DNA of 62,797 bases, the filler included, from Collodictyon triciliatum (Eukaryota), in assembly GCA_043381765.1 (NCBI GenBank). It is 7 parts of 7 records of this genome, joined end to end, with 100 filler letters (N's around TTAATTAATTAA, not from the genome) between each part and the next. Parts side by side here need not be neighbours in the genome. Positions count along the whole stretch, not along the records: positions 1 to 8,974 come from JBHJMP010003011.1; positions 9,075 to 18,509 come from JBHJMP010003014.1; 5 more parts are not named here. One strand, written 5' to 3'. The position numbers and the translations under genes are program-made. Positions 1-13,773 of this stretch are shown here, piece after piece (within the stretch, counting starts at the first letter, position 1; each line of letters begins with the position of its first letter). The notes beneath the pieces are model-generated. The model made no database searches. It was given only the letters and a program-made list of their open reading frames with translations, and was not told where the DNA came from.

Positions 1-115
1 GTCTCTGTCTCTGTCTCTGTCTCTGTCTCTGTCTCTGTCTCTGTCTCTGTCTCTGTCTCTGTCTCTGTCTCTGTCTCTGTCTCTGTCTCTGTCTCTGTCT
101 CACTCTCTGTCTCAC
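1..115. repeat. (GTCTCT)n microsatellite, probably intronic
   Basis: Perfect hexamer run at the window start, followed by a pyrimidine-rich stretch and a CAG acceptor at 156-158. Confidence 0.95.
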
Positions 116-158
116 TCTATTCTTCGACATCAACTATACTGCGCATCTTCCACCCCAG

Positions 159-610
159 CAAATATGACAGCCCCCCAGGCCGATGCTGACATCACACCCA
201 ACCGCAGGAAGCCGACTGATTCCACGGCGCTCCGAAACGACAGCGGACGAGACGACACATCGCTCTGCTCCACAGACTCGGACGGGATGTCATCGGCTTC
301 CTCCACCGTGTCAAAGGCTGTGCGGCCGGAAAGACAACACAGACGCTCGTTGTCCAGCGATTCCATCCGGCTCACAGACGGGAGGGCGGACGACTCTCCC
401 GCGCCCGGGCCAAACTCCGGCTCTGCGAGCGGAGAGCGTTCTTCTCACACGCCCGCCACACCCGCAAAAGGCTCCTCGTTGTTCAGATGGGCAAAGTCCA
501 CAACCTCAGCAAGCGCAAACTCGGCAGAGACTCTAACAAAGTCTCTTCAAGCCCACACAACTGCGGCTCACACCCCGTCGAAACCACCTCTGGCTAGAGA
601 TAGGAAGTAG
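159..610 (+). CDS. Probable terminal exon of an upstream gene; Ser/Thr/Pro-rich low-complexity protein of unknown function (5' partial)
   Basis: GC-rich open frame after the acceptor ccccag (158), ending in TAG at 608-610 and followed by AT-rich sequence. No recognisable domain. Confidence 0.55.
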
Positions 611-1018
611 TTGTGATTCTAGCTTCGCATGGTTGCTCGATTCAAGGGGCCGATTACTCTCCCTCTTTTTTTTTTTTTTTTTTATATTAAACTTTTATAT
701 TTTTTTTTTCATTCTTTTTTGTGGTTGTCGTTCGGTTCACCTCCACGTTATCCGTGTCTTTTTCTGCCTTCGCTTGGCTTTTGCACTCTGCCTTGTCGCT
801 CTTTCGCCTCCGGTGAATGCGGGCGACTCGCAGCTCTACCGCGAGCTTTTTTCTTTTCTTTTCTTTTCTTTTCTTTTCTCTTCCAAAGACGCTCCCAAAA
901 TAAAAAAGATAACCAAAACCACACAACTCATAAAAAGGAAAAGGACTGTAAACCCCGCATCTTTCTGGGTATACCGGCAATAACCCTAAACAGACAGAAA
1001 GCACCAGTCGGAGCAAGT

Positions 1019-4000
1019 ATGGAAGCAATCACCCAGGCTCAGCGCTTTTGGTCAGGTAAATCTATTTGTGACGGTTCTGAATAAACTAACAAGTTACGCA
1101 CACTCTTTTCCTCTTTTTTCTCTTTTTTCTCTTTTTCCTCTTTTTCCTCTTTTTCTCTTTTTCTCTTTTTTCGCTTTTGTGTCTTTTTTGTTTTTTGTCT
1201 TTTTTGTCTTTTTTGTCTTTTTTGTCTTTTTGTCTTTTCTCGCTTCCTCTTTTTCTCTTCTGTAAATGTAATTGATTACTTTGCGCAAAAAACGACGCAC
1301 CCATGAAAGGATTCGACCTCAATGCCCGACGTGCCCAGATGGATGCCCACAGCCTCGAAATAGCTGACCATCAGGAGACTTTCCTCACAAGCAGGAAGAA
1401 ACTTGCAGAATCCACAAAGCGTAAGTCGCTCTCCATCTCATACCCCATCACTTAAAGAAATATCATATTCACAAACTCCATCACAGGATTTTTGACTGGT
1501 CATGTTATTCAAAATAACCATGATTTTCACTCATTCTTCTATTTATTATTATTATTAATGTTTTTTTAAAAAAAAACGACTCGATAAATTAGAGTATAAG
1601 AAAGCAACTCAAGAGGAAAGAAATGCTCTTGTTGGTCCTCTCATTAAATTGTACCAGGTAGTTTATTTGCTTGTGTGTGAATGAAAACATGGAAACCTAT
1701 CGCCGATTCTAAATCTCTACATTGTCCAACCAGGACGAAATCGATGGTTTGACGAAGAGATGCAAATCCTCTGAGGGATTATTTCTTGGTTTGTATAAAG
1801 ACCTTGCGGACGCACCAGATCCAGCAACAGCCATCAACGTGGCACTCGTGATGATTCACTTGACCTTTTTAACTTTTTTCTTTTGAGTGTAACCCCTTCA
1901 TCCTTAATATGTTGATGTTTTTATATCATTTAAAAATCGCATGTGCTGTTGCCTTCTGACATTGAACTTATTTATACTGCCCACTCGTGTTGCTAATTCG
2001 AAGTGATTTTTAGGATTCTTATTATGTATGTATGCATTTGTTATGCTAAAAAAATGATATTTTATTATTCAAAAATACTATGCGAAGGAGCTCAGCAAAA
2101 ACATGGAGGATGAAGATGAAAAGAAAGAGGAAGTTAGAGTTTATCGAGAGGAAGTCGAAGAACTGCGCAAGGAGTTGTCCAAGGTCAAAAATCAGGTTTT
2201 TTTCTCTCTGTGTGATGCATATATCTTGAAATAACTAAACCCCACTTGCATTATTTTCGCTTCATTTTTAATTATGTAGTAAATTACAAACAGCTATTTG
2301 GTTTTGAGTTAGCTTTCCGCAGAATATTATGTTCCAAACAATAAAAATAATCTAACACGCAAAAACAAAAACTTCAAATACGCCCCTTATTTTCTCCCTA
2401 AGGATGTTACAATTCGTCTTTTAGAGGAGCAATTGAAAGAAGTGTCGACAAAAGTGAGAATTAAAATAATAACTACTTTCTTCTCGTCCACTTGTCATTT
2501 ATTTATTTTAACTATTCAAAATGCAGTCATCTAGTTTAATACAAGGCGAAATAGCAGCTCGTGAAAAAGCATGGAGTGACGAGCAACAAAGCCTTACTCA
2601 GTCCTTCAAAGAGAGGTATGAAAATATATGAGTAAATTAACATAAGATATTTTAGCTGAAGTGGAATACTCACGGAGGAGGAAGTAAGACCTCAATATAT
2701 AATTACATTTATTTTCCAGGTGCTTGTCATATATCTCCATAAGCCATTAATGCAGTCACTTTTTCTTCTGTTTGACTCATCCAGAGAAGCGCAGTTTTTA
2801 AGTCAGCTTCAACAAAAGGACGATTCGATCCGGCAGAATATAAAATATGCAGAAGAAGCACAAGCTGCGCTGATGGAACTACGATTAAAAAACGGTCAGT
2901 CCCTATTATATACTCTCTTTCATATTCGCACCGATCAGCATGGTAATCACACATAATTTTAGAGCAAGAACGGGAAAATTTAAACATGGCGAACGACTTA
3001 CTAATGACCCAGAATGAGCGTAATATGGAAACCATACTTTCAGTTGAGCGAGAGAGGGTATAATTCTAACTTCTTATTCTTTTCGTTTTACTACCACAAT
3101 AGCGCGCCCTTTTAGCATTTTTTTTTTTATGATTGTTGATTCAATATTTCTCCAAAGCTATGCTTGATATTAATTGTTTGTAGTAATTAACAAATATAGC
3201 CTTCTAAATTCTATTTTATTTCAAGGATAAACTACTATCTCAGATAGAGTCTATGAAGAAACAAGCCCAAAGCACGTAAGAAGAAAAAAAAGGAACCTTA
3301 TATTGATTTTCTGTTTATACATTTTTATAGAGGCGATTATGGTTTTGTCTTAGTTTGATTATCTTTAATGCTTATTTATTATTAATTTATTTTGATTTTT
3401 TTATCATGGCAATTATAAAAAAGAACAATTGAGCAGATATCAAATTGGTAGGGCCATGCAAAGGACAACAGAACTTGAAAAAGAGCTTGCAAAACAAGGG
3501 ACAGAAATGCAAGAGCTTATTTCTCAAGTCTCCAAGCTCCAAGGTGAGTTGGTCGATGAGAAGAATAAGTCATCTGCAACTTTCCACAAAATACACCAGC
3601 AAGTAAATTTCACATATTCTAAAATGGAATTCCAGAATGAATATTAAACAAACTTTTCTGCATTGATTTACCATACAACCTGATTGAATTTTTATTTTTA
3701 TGATTATAACCAATTTTGTGAATGCTTTCCACAGAACTCAGAAATATCCTCCTTGAAAGGAGAACTTGCATCAAGACCCACTAAAGAGCAGTTTATGGAA
3801 TTGAAAAAGAAAGTGAGGATGATAGAGGTAAATAACGGAACTTATGTAATGTCTGTTTTGCATGTTCGGTTGACTTTCTTTGAAAAAAATAAATTAAAAC
3901 GTACATGTTCCTTTGTTTTGTATTCATATGTTGGTTGACATGATAGCCATCAAATTCCCGACCAGAACGATTAACATGAGCTAAAATGCAGGTACTTGAG

Positions 4001-4753
4001 TTCAATGGAATAGTTGAGGATGATGGTGATGATTTACCCTCTCTGCTCTCTCAACTGTCCTCTGTCGAGTCCCTACTACTTGAAAAGCATAAAAAATCAG
4101 CTACGGAGTTGACAAACGTGAAAGTTCAATTGACGGAACTTCAAAACCAACTCAGAGAATGCCAAATGATTCGCCAGTCATTGCAAGAGAAAGTTTCCAC
4201 GCAAGAATTGCTAATCCGAAAGTTGGAGTCTGACCTGGCATCAGGTTTTAATGTTCTTGTTCTTGTTGTTCTTGTTGTTCTTCTCCTTTCTTATTTAGTT
4301 TCAAGTTATTAACATGCATATTTCCTTTGTAAAATTGTATTGCCGATGAAACTTCTAGGGTATATGGAGGCTAGTCGAAAAACTAGGAGTGCAATTATTC
4401 ATATTCAAGAGACCTCTTCCGTTCCAAGCGACAGCATCGAGCATACTCGTGTAATTGAAAGCGCTGCTCTGGAAGTGAACCAGGTTTTTGTTATGAGCTA
4501 CATCATTTTCCTTCAAACATTACCCATTGCAGCCATCTTTGCTCTTTTTGGTTTCCATCATCAATCTATTGGCTAGAGTGTGCAAGAAATGCCAAGGGAA
4601 AACAAGAATTCTATCCTCTCCATAATTACACAGCAGCGAGACCGATTCAAAACAAGAGTGGATGAGTTAGAAATGGTGTTGATTTATCTATGAAATATTT
4701 GTATGAATCTTATTGTTTTGGTTTTCTTCCATGCATTTCTTTTCTTTTCTTGC

Positions 4754-4851
<98 letters not shown>

Positions 4852-5886
4852 GATAATGATTCTCTAACTGTTGAAAACTTTTCTATATTAATAGACCGCT
4901 CGTTGTTTACTTTACTCGTTATACATAAACATGTCAGGAAAATCGAAAATTGAAGGACAATGTCGAGACACAGAAAACAGCATATACAAATTTACAAGCA
5001 GACAATGTAAAACTATACGAAAAAATTCGCTATCTCCAAAACTTCAACTCTCAGAAAGGCGGTGTAAGATTCATACCACCTCGAAAATCATCCATACTAT
5101 TTCATTTCTCATCATGTATAAATTTCCAACTGTCTCAAATTCTTTTCATAAGTAACAAATATGTAAATATATATGCCCGAATCTATATTCACATTATCCA
5201 TCAATCGAGGACTGACATGCTGTGTGTCTCATCCCTTTTTATTTGTGCAATTATCATTCCAGGATATCGAGAGCAATGACGATTCAGTAAATTCCAAGTA
5301 CCGAGCCCTTTACGAAGAAAGCATCCATCCTTTTGCTCAATTCAACAATAAGGTTCTTAAATTGAGTTTCGCCCACTTCACCAGCATAGACTTAATCAAC
5401 TTAGATTATACCCTCCAATACTTTTCCTTCATCTGTGAACTGAGCATATGTTTTTGCTCTCCATTTTCCTTATTTTTGTGTGCACTCCCGCGTTTATGTC
5501 TCATACCATCTTCGTTCAAAAACTAAATCTTCATAATTAATTTTTTGTTATTTTTTTAAGAAAAAAAAGAAAAAATAATGCATTTTTGTCTTCTGGAATG
5601 GCTTAGTCAGCAATTAATTGACTAACCAGCCTCGGTCTATCCCTGCATGTCCATAAATTCTTCTGATGCACAATTCTCTGTGTAGGAGAAACAGCAACGA
5701 TATCAGCAACTCAATCTCGCAGAGCGCATCATCCTACACACATCCACCTATCTGCTCGGCCACAAGCGAACGCGCATATTTGTCTTTTGCTATATCTTTG
5801 TGCTCCACTTTCTCGTCTTTACAACCGTCTCAGCTTTTGCGAACTACACATGTCCGGTTTTCGAAGCACAGCAACCTGCTCTCTAA
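1019..5886 (+). CDS. CASP: Golgin CASP (CCAAT-displacement protein alternatively spliced product / COY1-like), multi-exon
   Basis: Spliced translation gives MEAITQAQRFWSGFDLNARRAQMD...SRKKLAESTK...LIKLYQDEIDGLTKRCK...LADAPDP (CUX1/CASP N-terminus) and coiled coils. It continues IITQQRDRFKTRVDELE, LQADNVKLYEKIRYLQ, YRALYEESIHPFAQF, and a C-terminal TM segment RIFVFCYIFVLHFLVF with the conserved Y/H. Stop TAA at 5884-5886. Confidence 0.9.
4757..4851. repeat. (ATT)n microsatellite in a CASP intron
   Basis: Perfect trinucleotide run. Confidence 0.95.
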
Positions 5887-6837
5887 ACGAGAAAGTAAAT
5901 AAAGCAACCACGAGGCAACCACAAGAATCCCTTTGTGGAACCTGGTGCATAATCTCATCTCTTTCGCACAACACACAAACCACCCACAAGCGAAGAACAA
6001 ACCAATTCCAAATAAATCGACTGGCCGAATACACGCACTGCCACCGAATTCACTTGTGGAATTTTACCGAAATAGCTGAAATTCATTGAACATCAGGTAA
6101 TCATATATTCCCGCACTGTGGCGACGTTCAACGGCTTCTTGATTTGTGCCACTCATTTTTTTCAGAAAAATATCCTTTTAAATACAGTTTCATATATTCC
6201 GTCGGCCGTCCAATTGTGGATATACGCATTAGGCACACTCACTGTTTCCTTTGGGCAATGCCTCCACAAAACCGCCTCCAAAGCCGAGGAGAGCCTTTTC
6301 TCATGTATAAAAAAGGGAATCTATCGGAAAATATCATAGATATCACCCAATAAGGTTCAGGTTCGAGAATCGATCGTGGTGGGGATTTATGAAGGAGAAA
6401 TGAGAACGAAAATATGGAAAACCAAGAAAAAATAAAAGAAGGAAAATAAAAGAAAAGAAACGAACAGAATTGCCAGCGAAAGAAAATGGCAATGAAGGCC
6501 GAAACAGGACGGATATTTGTCATTCACTGCAGAAGCGCGGTTGGATCGTCCAGCAAAAGTTTGCTTTCGCGGGGCAGAAATGACGATTTCTCCTGCATCG
6601 AAGCAGCACAAAGTCGCTGGCGTTTGTACGATTTCCTCACACAGGCCCCGTCCAGCACACAAATCCCCTGCGATAAGTCGTCACACCAGCGACAAGTCGC
6701 CACCTGCCTGGATGCCTCCCAAGTCTTAAGCCCACCTGCCAGAGGCAAAGAGAGAGAGAGCACGCTAGCTTCCTGCGAAACGAACTCTTCCGCAACCACT
6801 CACCGACTGTTCCTGGCCTCACCCCCACAGATCCACG

Positions 6838-8752
6838 ATGGCCTCGATCGGCTCCACAGCGCTGCCCGACGATTGGGAATCCTCCTTCTACAAACTCACT
6901 CCGCTTTCCGAAAACCAAGTCGAAGTCTTCATGGAGACGCGGACAGACAAAGTAAAAGCACCAGGAAAGAAAACAAGAAACAAAAAACGAACAAAAAAAA
7001 AAAAGCCGACTTATCTGTGCAAACACCCCCAGACGCATAAAGCATGATGTAACTGAAGTGCGTTCAAGCGAAGTTAACCTAACCCGATATACTAGCAAAT
7101 CACGCTTAAGTCCACTCAGCCGGGATTCCAAAAGACAATGCTGTCGGCTCCTGTTTTGATCAGCGGCGCCTCGCAAACGCGCTTGGTAAAGTCGCAGTCG
7201 CAGTCACAACCAAACTCCCTTTCTACTTCGCTCTCACACTCAGCAGAATACCGAACCGCACCCGTCCAGCCGCGCCCTTTTCCATCCCCTCCAAGCCGGG
7301 TTCTGAAGAAAGAGGCCAAGCCGGGCTGGCCCAGTGTGAGTCTCTCTTTTCTCTTTTCTCTTTTCTCTTTTCTCTTTTTACTCATTCTTGCACCCGCGGT
7401 CGACAAATTCATAAAGTTTGGGACGTTCGATCGGCTGCGACATTATAATGATAATAGCCATCGTGTCTAATTATGGTATGATGCCGCGGTCGGATACAGC
7501 TCGACCTCTCTAGAAACATGTTTGACTACCTGTCACCATCCAGACTTCTTGGGCCTCGGCCTGATTCGACGAAGACGATCGATACACATAACCTTCGGGT
7601 AAGTCTTTCATAGCAGTTTAACTTTTTGTGTCTTATCTCACGGCTGATATTTTACCACTCTTTTGGTCCTTTGCTCTGTCATTCTGTCCAACCACCTTGC
7701 AGAAATGGCAACATAGCACCGTTGATTTTAACAATATTTGCGTAATCCAGAATCCAATGCTGCTGTATAGAAAGAGAAGCAATATCAACAATGGTACGTA
7801 CATCATATCTTAAGCAGCGACCAAAAACAAAAAAAAAAGCAATATTCTAAAAGTCTCTTTCTGTCCTGGAATATATGAAGATGGCAGAGTTTCTCCGTCT
7901 ATACAGTCTTTTTATTGACTAATCTCATCCCATTCGACCGTATGAACCAACAGAGGAAGTCTACGAGGAAATATACCGCATTACATCCACAAAACATGTC
8001 CCACCCCCTCGGTCAAAATCCACGTCGTCTGGTATCACTGTTCAAAGGTCTCCGTCGCATGGAACAGTCTCATCTGCCAATTCAACACTTACACATTCTC
8101 AGATTCGTTCGATTTACCGAAAGAATACTCTCCTGAGTTCTCTTCAATCTGGTGATATGTTATTCATCGCCTAAATAGTAATTCCCTCGTTTTACACGAA
8201 TACATCAAGATTTTATCTGCTAACTTGGACGTGTATGACATTAGATGCAGGAAAGGAGTTTGCCTCCGCAGATGACGGTGCTGCTCGCCCTATTCCACAG
8301 AGTATATTTTGTAGCAATCATTTGAATTGCACTATTTTAATTTTTTGCATTTATTGTTCTAGTTTGTGCATCTATCCATATTCCAATTACTTAATACCAA
8401 CAAACCCACTCAGTTAAGAAAGGCTCTAAGAATGAGAAAAATTCACAGAAATCGGCACAAAAACAAGCAAAAATAGAAGAAGATGCCATTAAGAAACAAA
8501 TTAAAGGTATCGTTATTATAATCATCATTTCACGCTACGCTCTGCGCCAATCTTTGTGATTTTTCTCAGAACCAGTCTCTTCACCATGTCCTTTAGAGCA
8601 ATTCTCAAAATACGACTTGAACGGTGATGGTCATATCTCCCGAAGAGAAGCTCTTATCCTCCTTCGTAAAGTCGTGGAGAGTGCCATGGTAAGCCTTGCA
8701 CATTTTATCACCGATGCGGGCAACAGAACTCATTTTGAATCGAGTGTTTCTG
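6838..8752 (+). CDS. EF-hand Ca2+-binding protein with long Ser/Pro-rich N-terminus, multi-exon, 3' truncated by contig end
   Basis: GT-AG-bounded exons at about 6838-6951, 7110-7335, 7513-7598, 7954-8151 and others. The exon near 8598-8752 encodes FSKYDLNGDGHISRREA, a canonical EF-hand loop. An acceptor just before 6838 suggests the true start may lie further upstream. Confidence 0.6.
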
Positions 8753-8894
8753 AGTATATGCTTCTGTTTGTTTCTTTGTTAGATTTCTTGATTGGTTGGT
8801 TGGTTGGTTGGTTGGCTGTGTCCTCTCCTTTTTTTTTTCGCACTCTTTATTTAATTTTACCATGCGTGATTATGTTATCTTTTGTTTGTCAATA

Positions 8895-8930
<36 letters not shown>

Positions 8931-8974
8931 TTTTTCAACTAGAATTATCAGAAAAAAAAAAAAAAAAAGGATGA

Positions 8975-9074
8975 NNNNNNNNNNNNNNNNNNNNNNNNNN
9001 NNNNNNNNNNNNNNNNNNTTAATTAATTAANNNNNNNNNNNNNNNNNNNNNNNNNNNNNNNNNNNNNNNNNNNN
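8975..9074. other. Artificial contig linker N44-TTAATTAATTAA-N44
   Basis: Identical 100-nt spacer whose core places stops in all six frames. Confidence 0.98.
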
Positions 9075-9180
9075 GAGTGAGAGAGTGAGAGAGTGAGAGA
9101 GTGAGAGAGTGAGAGAGTGAGAGAGTGAGAGAGTGAGAGAGTGAGAGAGTGAGAGAGTGAGAGAGTGAGAGAGTGAGAGA
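9075..9180. repeat. (GAGTGAGA)n microsatellite at contig edge
   Basis: Perfect octamer run immediately 3' of the WD40 receptor stop codon. Confidence 0.95.
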
Positions 9181-9183
9181 TTC

Positions 9184-12151
9184 TTAGAGAGAAATTGATG
9201 GACTTTCAGTAAAAATAATCATCTCTTTGTCTTTTTTTAAATCCTCCCATTTACCTCTTGTGTAGATAAAAATGGATGAATTCAAAACAGGGTCGAATAT
9301 AGGTTGCACCAGTCTCTCTACTTTTCCAAAGAAAGAAACGATGAACGCTGGGCCAGCTCTGTACAAAAAAACCACTGCAATCAACCCGTTAGACAATGTG
9401 ACTAGAGCCATAAGTAAATATTCGGCAAAAATGCTAAGGTCTGAATACCGAAACAAAAGACTTGTCATCAACGTGAAGTAAAGGACTGATATAGAGTAAA
9501 TTTGTGCCTCTTTGAGCACATTCGACATAAATGGGTTGAAGTAAATTGATAAGCCGATGCTTAATATCAAAATCCATGAACCAAAGTAAATTTGTAAAGA
9601 TGAAGAGAAAAGGACGCTTACAACAACAACAAGAAGCTTTTGCATCATAGTCACGATTTCCCAGTAATAACATCTTTCATTGTATCCATCCACCAAAAAT
9701 CGAAGCAAATTGTATGTATCGGATGTAGGATTTAGTAGTGATGACCTTTTGCGAAACATATAAGAGGCTAGAAGAAGTGGGCCACCAAAACAATACAGAA
9801 TCAGGTAAACCAATGAAAAAGATTTCCATATCAAATAAGTCGAGTCATTACACATAATTGACATATCAGCCTTCAAGTAACTTTCATCACCCAATCTCAC
9901 GCACCCAAATATATTTGATACCGATGATGTGATAGTTGGGTGAACAAAAATCAGCATAACCAGCATCGAAAATATAAATTCTTGATTCATCTTGTAGAGT
10001 GTTACATCTTTCATATCGATTTGGTTTGTCTTTAGTCTCCACACGGTCTTGAAAAATACCGCAAATGAGATTATGACCATCAAAACAAGTGGTGTGGCCA
10101 TTGCGCCTAATACTTTTTTGTATATATCCATGTCGAACTGACATTCCGTTGTATAATTGTCTATCGATAGGGAAAACGATAAAAAGCTCGGAATATTCAT
10201 CACGGAAACAATCGCCGAACTCCAGTTCACATCAAAGTTTGCAAGAAATGATAGAATTTGAAAATGTGTCGCTAGTGTCTTCAGAATTTGAATGTTGTCT
10301 GTTTTTGGTTGTCTTGACTGCTCTATCATATAAAAAACAAATGCTATAGGAAGGAGAATACTCAAAAAAACAAGAAATCCGTTGACCGTTCTTGATGTGC
10401 ATTCAATACAGAAATTTTCGCTTGCTTTTCCGTAACCTTGGTCACAAACACCACACAGTACTCCCTTGTAACCCTGTGCACATGTGATGTTGTTATCTCC
10501 TCCAATACAAGCTTCCTCATTTAGACATTTGTATGCGATATATTCTCCATTTGAGCTTGGAGCTTGCCAATATCCAGGATCGACTTTAAGCTTACTGCTT
10601 CCGTCACAATTAAATCCATAAGGGCAGTCCTTGCACTGTTTAGAACTTGATTCCAAGTAAGTTGAACGAAGACATAAACAGTCCTTAATCGTTGTTGACC
10701 CTGTTTTACCTCCATTCCACCCACTTCCACATGATATACATTCTGCTTGACCTGTTGCCGGGTTGTAAGTTCCAATGGGACATAATGGACATGATTCTTG
10801 ACCAGTGGATGGATTGTATGTACCAGCTGCACATGAAAGACATGCACTAACATTTGTAGAACCGGTTAATGGGTTGTATGTACCAGCTAGACATGAAATA
10901 CATGCATTGACACTTGTAGAACCATTTGATGGGTTGTATGTACCAGCTAGACATGAAATACATTCACGAATACCTTTCGAACCATTTTTAGGATTGTATG
11001 TACCAGTTGGGCATAAAGAACAAGATAAGGTTTCTTCAGCACTATAGCTCCCAGATGGGCATAATTGACAAGACTGTGAATCTGAATCATAAAACACGCC
11101 AGCAGCAGCACAAAGTCCCCAAATTTTGATTGTTCTATCATCACTCCCAGAAACAATTTTAGAACCATCAGGAGTGACAGTAACGCTGTAAACCCAATCA
11201 GTATGACTAGTCAATGTGCGAATCAGAGTTCCATCAGAAAGATTCCAAACTTTTATTGTATTATCACCACCTCCAGAAACAATCTTCGAACCACCAGGAG
11301 TAACAGCAACACAGCGAACCCATTTGGTATGACCAGTCAGTGTGCGAATCAAAGCTCCATTAGATAGGTTCCAGATTTTGATTGTATTATCAATTCCAAA
11401 AAAAGAATCATGACCGCCAGATATAATTTTTGAGCCATCAGGAGTAACAGCAACACTGACAATATAACTTGTATCATTCAATGTGCGAGTCAAAGTTCCA
11501 TCAGAAAGATTCCAAATTTTGATTGTATTGTCCCCGCTTCCAGAAACAATTTTTAAACCATCAGGAGTAACAGCAACACTGTTGACATACTTTGTATCAT
11601 TCAATGTGCGAGTCAAAGTTCCATTAGAAAGATTCCAAATTTTTATTGTATTATCCCAACTTCCAGAAACAATTTTTAAACCATCAGGAGTAACAGCAAC
11701 ACTTACAATATAACTTGTATCATTCAATGTGCGGATCAAAGTTCCATCAGAAAGATTCCAAATTTTGATTGTATTATCCCAACTTCCAGAAACAATTTTT
11801 AAACCATCAGGAGTAACAGCAACACTGTTGACATAATTTGTATCATTAAATGTGCGGATCAAAGTTCCATCAGAAAGATTCCAAATTTTGATTGTATTGT
11901 CCCAACTACCTGAAACAATTTTTAAACCATCGGGAGTAACAGCTACACTGCGAACCCAGTTGGTATGACCAGTTAGTGTGCGAATCAAACTATCTTTCCC
12001 TTCAACAAGGCGCAATTGGCAGTGGAGCATCAATCCTAACAATGTATTAATTAAAATTCTATGTGCTATAAAGTCAATGAAATTTAAACAATATGAATAA
12101 TGTCTCACCCAACAGCAACACAGCTGCAAAAGACTTTGAATGTAACCTCAT
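9184..12151 (-). CDS. Putative surface receptor: signal peptide + 7 WD40 repeats + Cys-rich GCC2/GCC3 (ephrin-receptor-like) repeats + multi-pass TM domain
   Basis: ATG at 12151 (MRLHSKSFAAVLLL), a 43-nt GT-AG intron at 12108-12066, then the long ORF. It has seven WD40 units (SVAVTPDGxKIVSGSxDNTIKIWNL), CxxCxAGTYNP repeats, a CAQGYKGVLCGVC motif and about 8-9 hydrophobic segments. Stop at 9184. Confidence 0.85.
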
Positions 12152-13773
12152 TCTAAATTAATGTGACATGTGTTTAAAATATTAAAATAAAATTTTATGG
12201 ATTTATCCTGTACCCAATAAAATTTTCATTTTTAAGATATTGTATGATTTCACCACTCAATTATCATTTATTGATTCAAAAATACATAACAATAGACCAT
12301 CTGCAGAACTTCAATAAATTTCATATAAAAATCTCTATAAAACACTCTTATTTATATCAATTAAAGCTTGAATAGTTCATTTGATTGTGTAGTGACTTAA
12401 TCAGTTGGTTCATGAAAATTATTAAAAAGTGGAATACAATCATCTTTTCAAAATAAATCGAAATGGAATGATATATTGATGAAGACTTTTAATATGGTTA
12501 ATTCATGTTTGGTAATATTTTTACATAGTCATTTTCTACCAATTATATGTAGATTTTGATGCAGTACTTAAAGAAAAATCTTAATGAAGTATTAGATAAA
12601 TCATGTCTTAAAAAACGAATAATTCAATACACAGCATACGAAAAACAATATGAAATATAAGACTCGTGCAAAATAGCCTTATTATGTATAGGAAATGAGA
12701 ATAAATCAATAAATATAGTTTAAAATTTAAGTTTAAGTGATGGACAATAAATACTTCAGTTTGAGGCAAATAGATTTGGTTTATCTTAGTTATAAATCAA
12801 TAAATTGTAATAACCAAAATAGCCGAAGATACCACAAAAGGACTTTCCAATCAATGATATATACTAAAAATCAAAATATTATACCGCCCCTATTTATTAA
12901 AATAATCAATTAGTTATCATTCAAAAATTTACAGGATTTCGAAACAATACAATATGATAAAATAGGTACGTGGTATTTGTATCGGAAGTTATGTGTATAT
13001 TAAAATTATGAATAAATCATGTTATCAAGGAAACCACGTCGAATATTTGCTACCATTATGCCAACAAACTTCGTAAATAATATTGAAAAAATAAATAAAT
13101 AATAAAGAGATTGGTTGATTAATATGTATCCGTTATAACAGCTTCTTAATTTACAAAACATTCTTATTTATTTTATTAATCGAGAAAAGTAAAATATATC
13201 AAATAAAACTTATCTCTTGTTTTCTATGCAATCCAAAATTGGATGAGCGGATGATATAATGTTTAAAAGTAAGAAGTTTTTAATGACATATTTTAATAAT
13301 TAATCGATTGGCATTTTGATTAGTCATAAAAGATGTATGGTAATATCATTAAAATTGAAGCGATGCAAGTTAATTAATTTAAAAGCAAGTATAATCGATT
13401 CCTCATTTGATGAATTAATACCAAAATATAATCTCATAAAATATTCATTACCAGAACCAGTGGTATCTTTTGAAAAATTACTTTACTTATTGAACATCTA
13501 TATTAATATTCACTATAAGAACTATGAATATCAATATATTCCAATAAAATTAATCAGGATATTTTTAATTATTCACTCTCACAATAGGCATATTTATCGA
13601 CATATACTGATTCGAATCGTTTTTTATTTCCGTAAAATATTAATGTATAACATTAATCAGATAATCATAACTGTAAAAATATTCATATTATTAGATAACT
13701 TATATTTGTTCAAAGATAAAAATAAATACGGTACACTGGACTACATCGAATAAATATCATAGGAGCAAACAAA

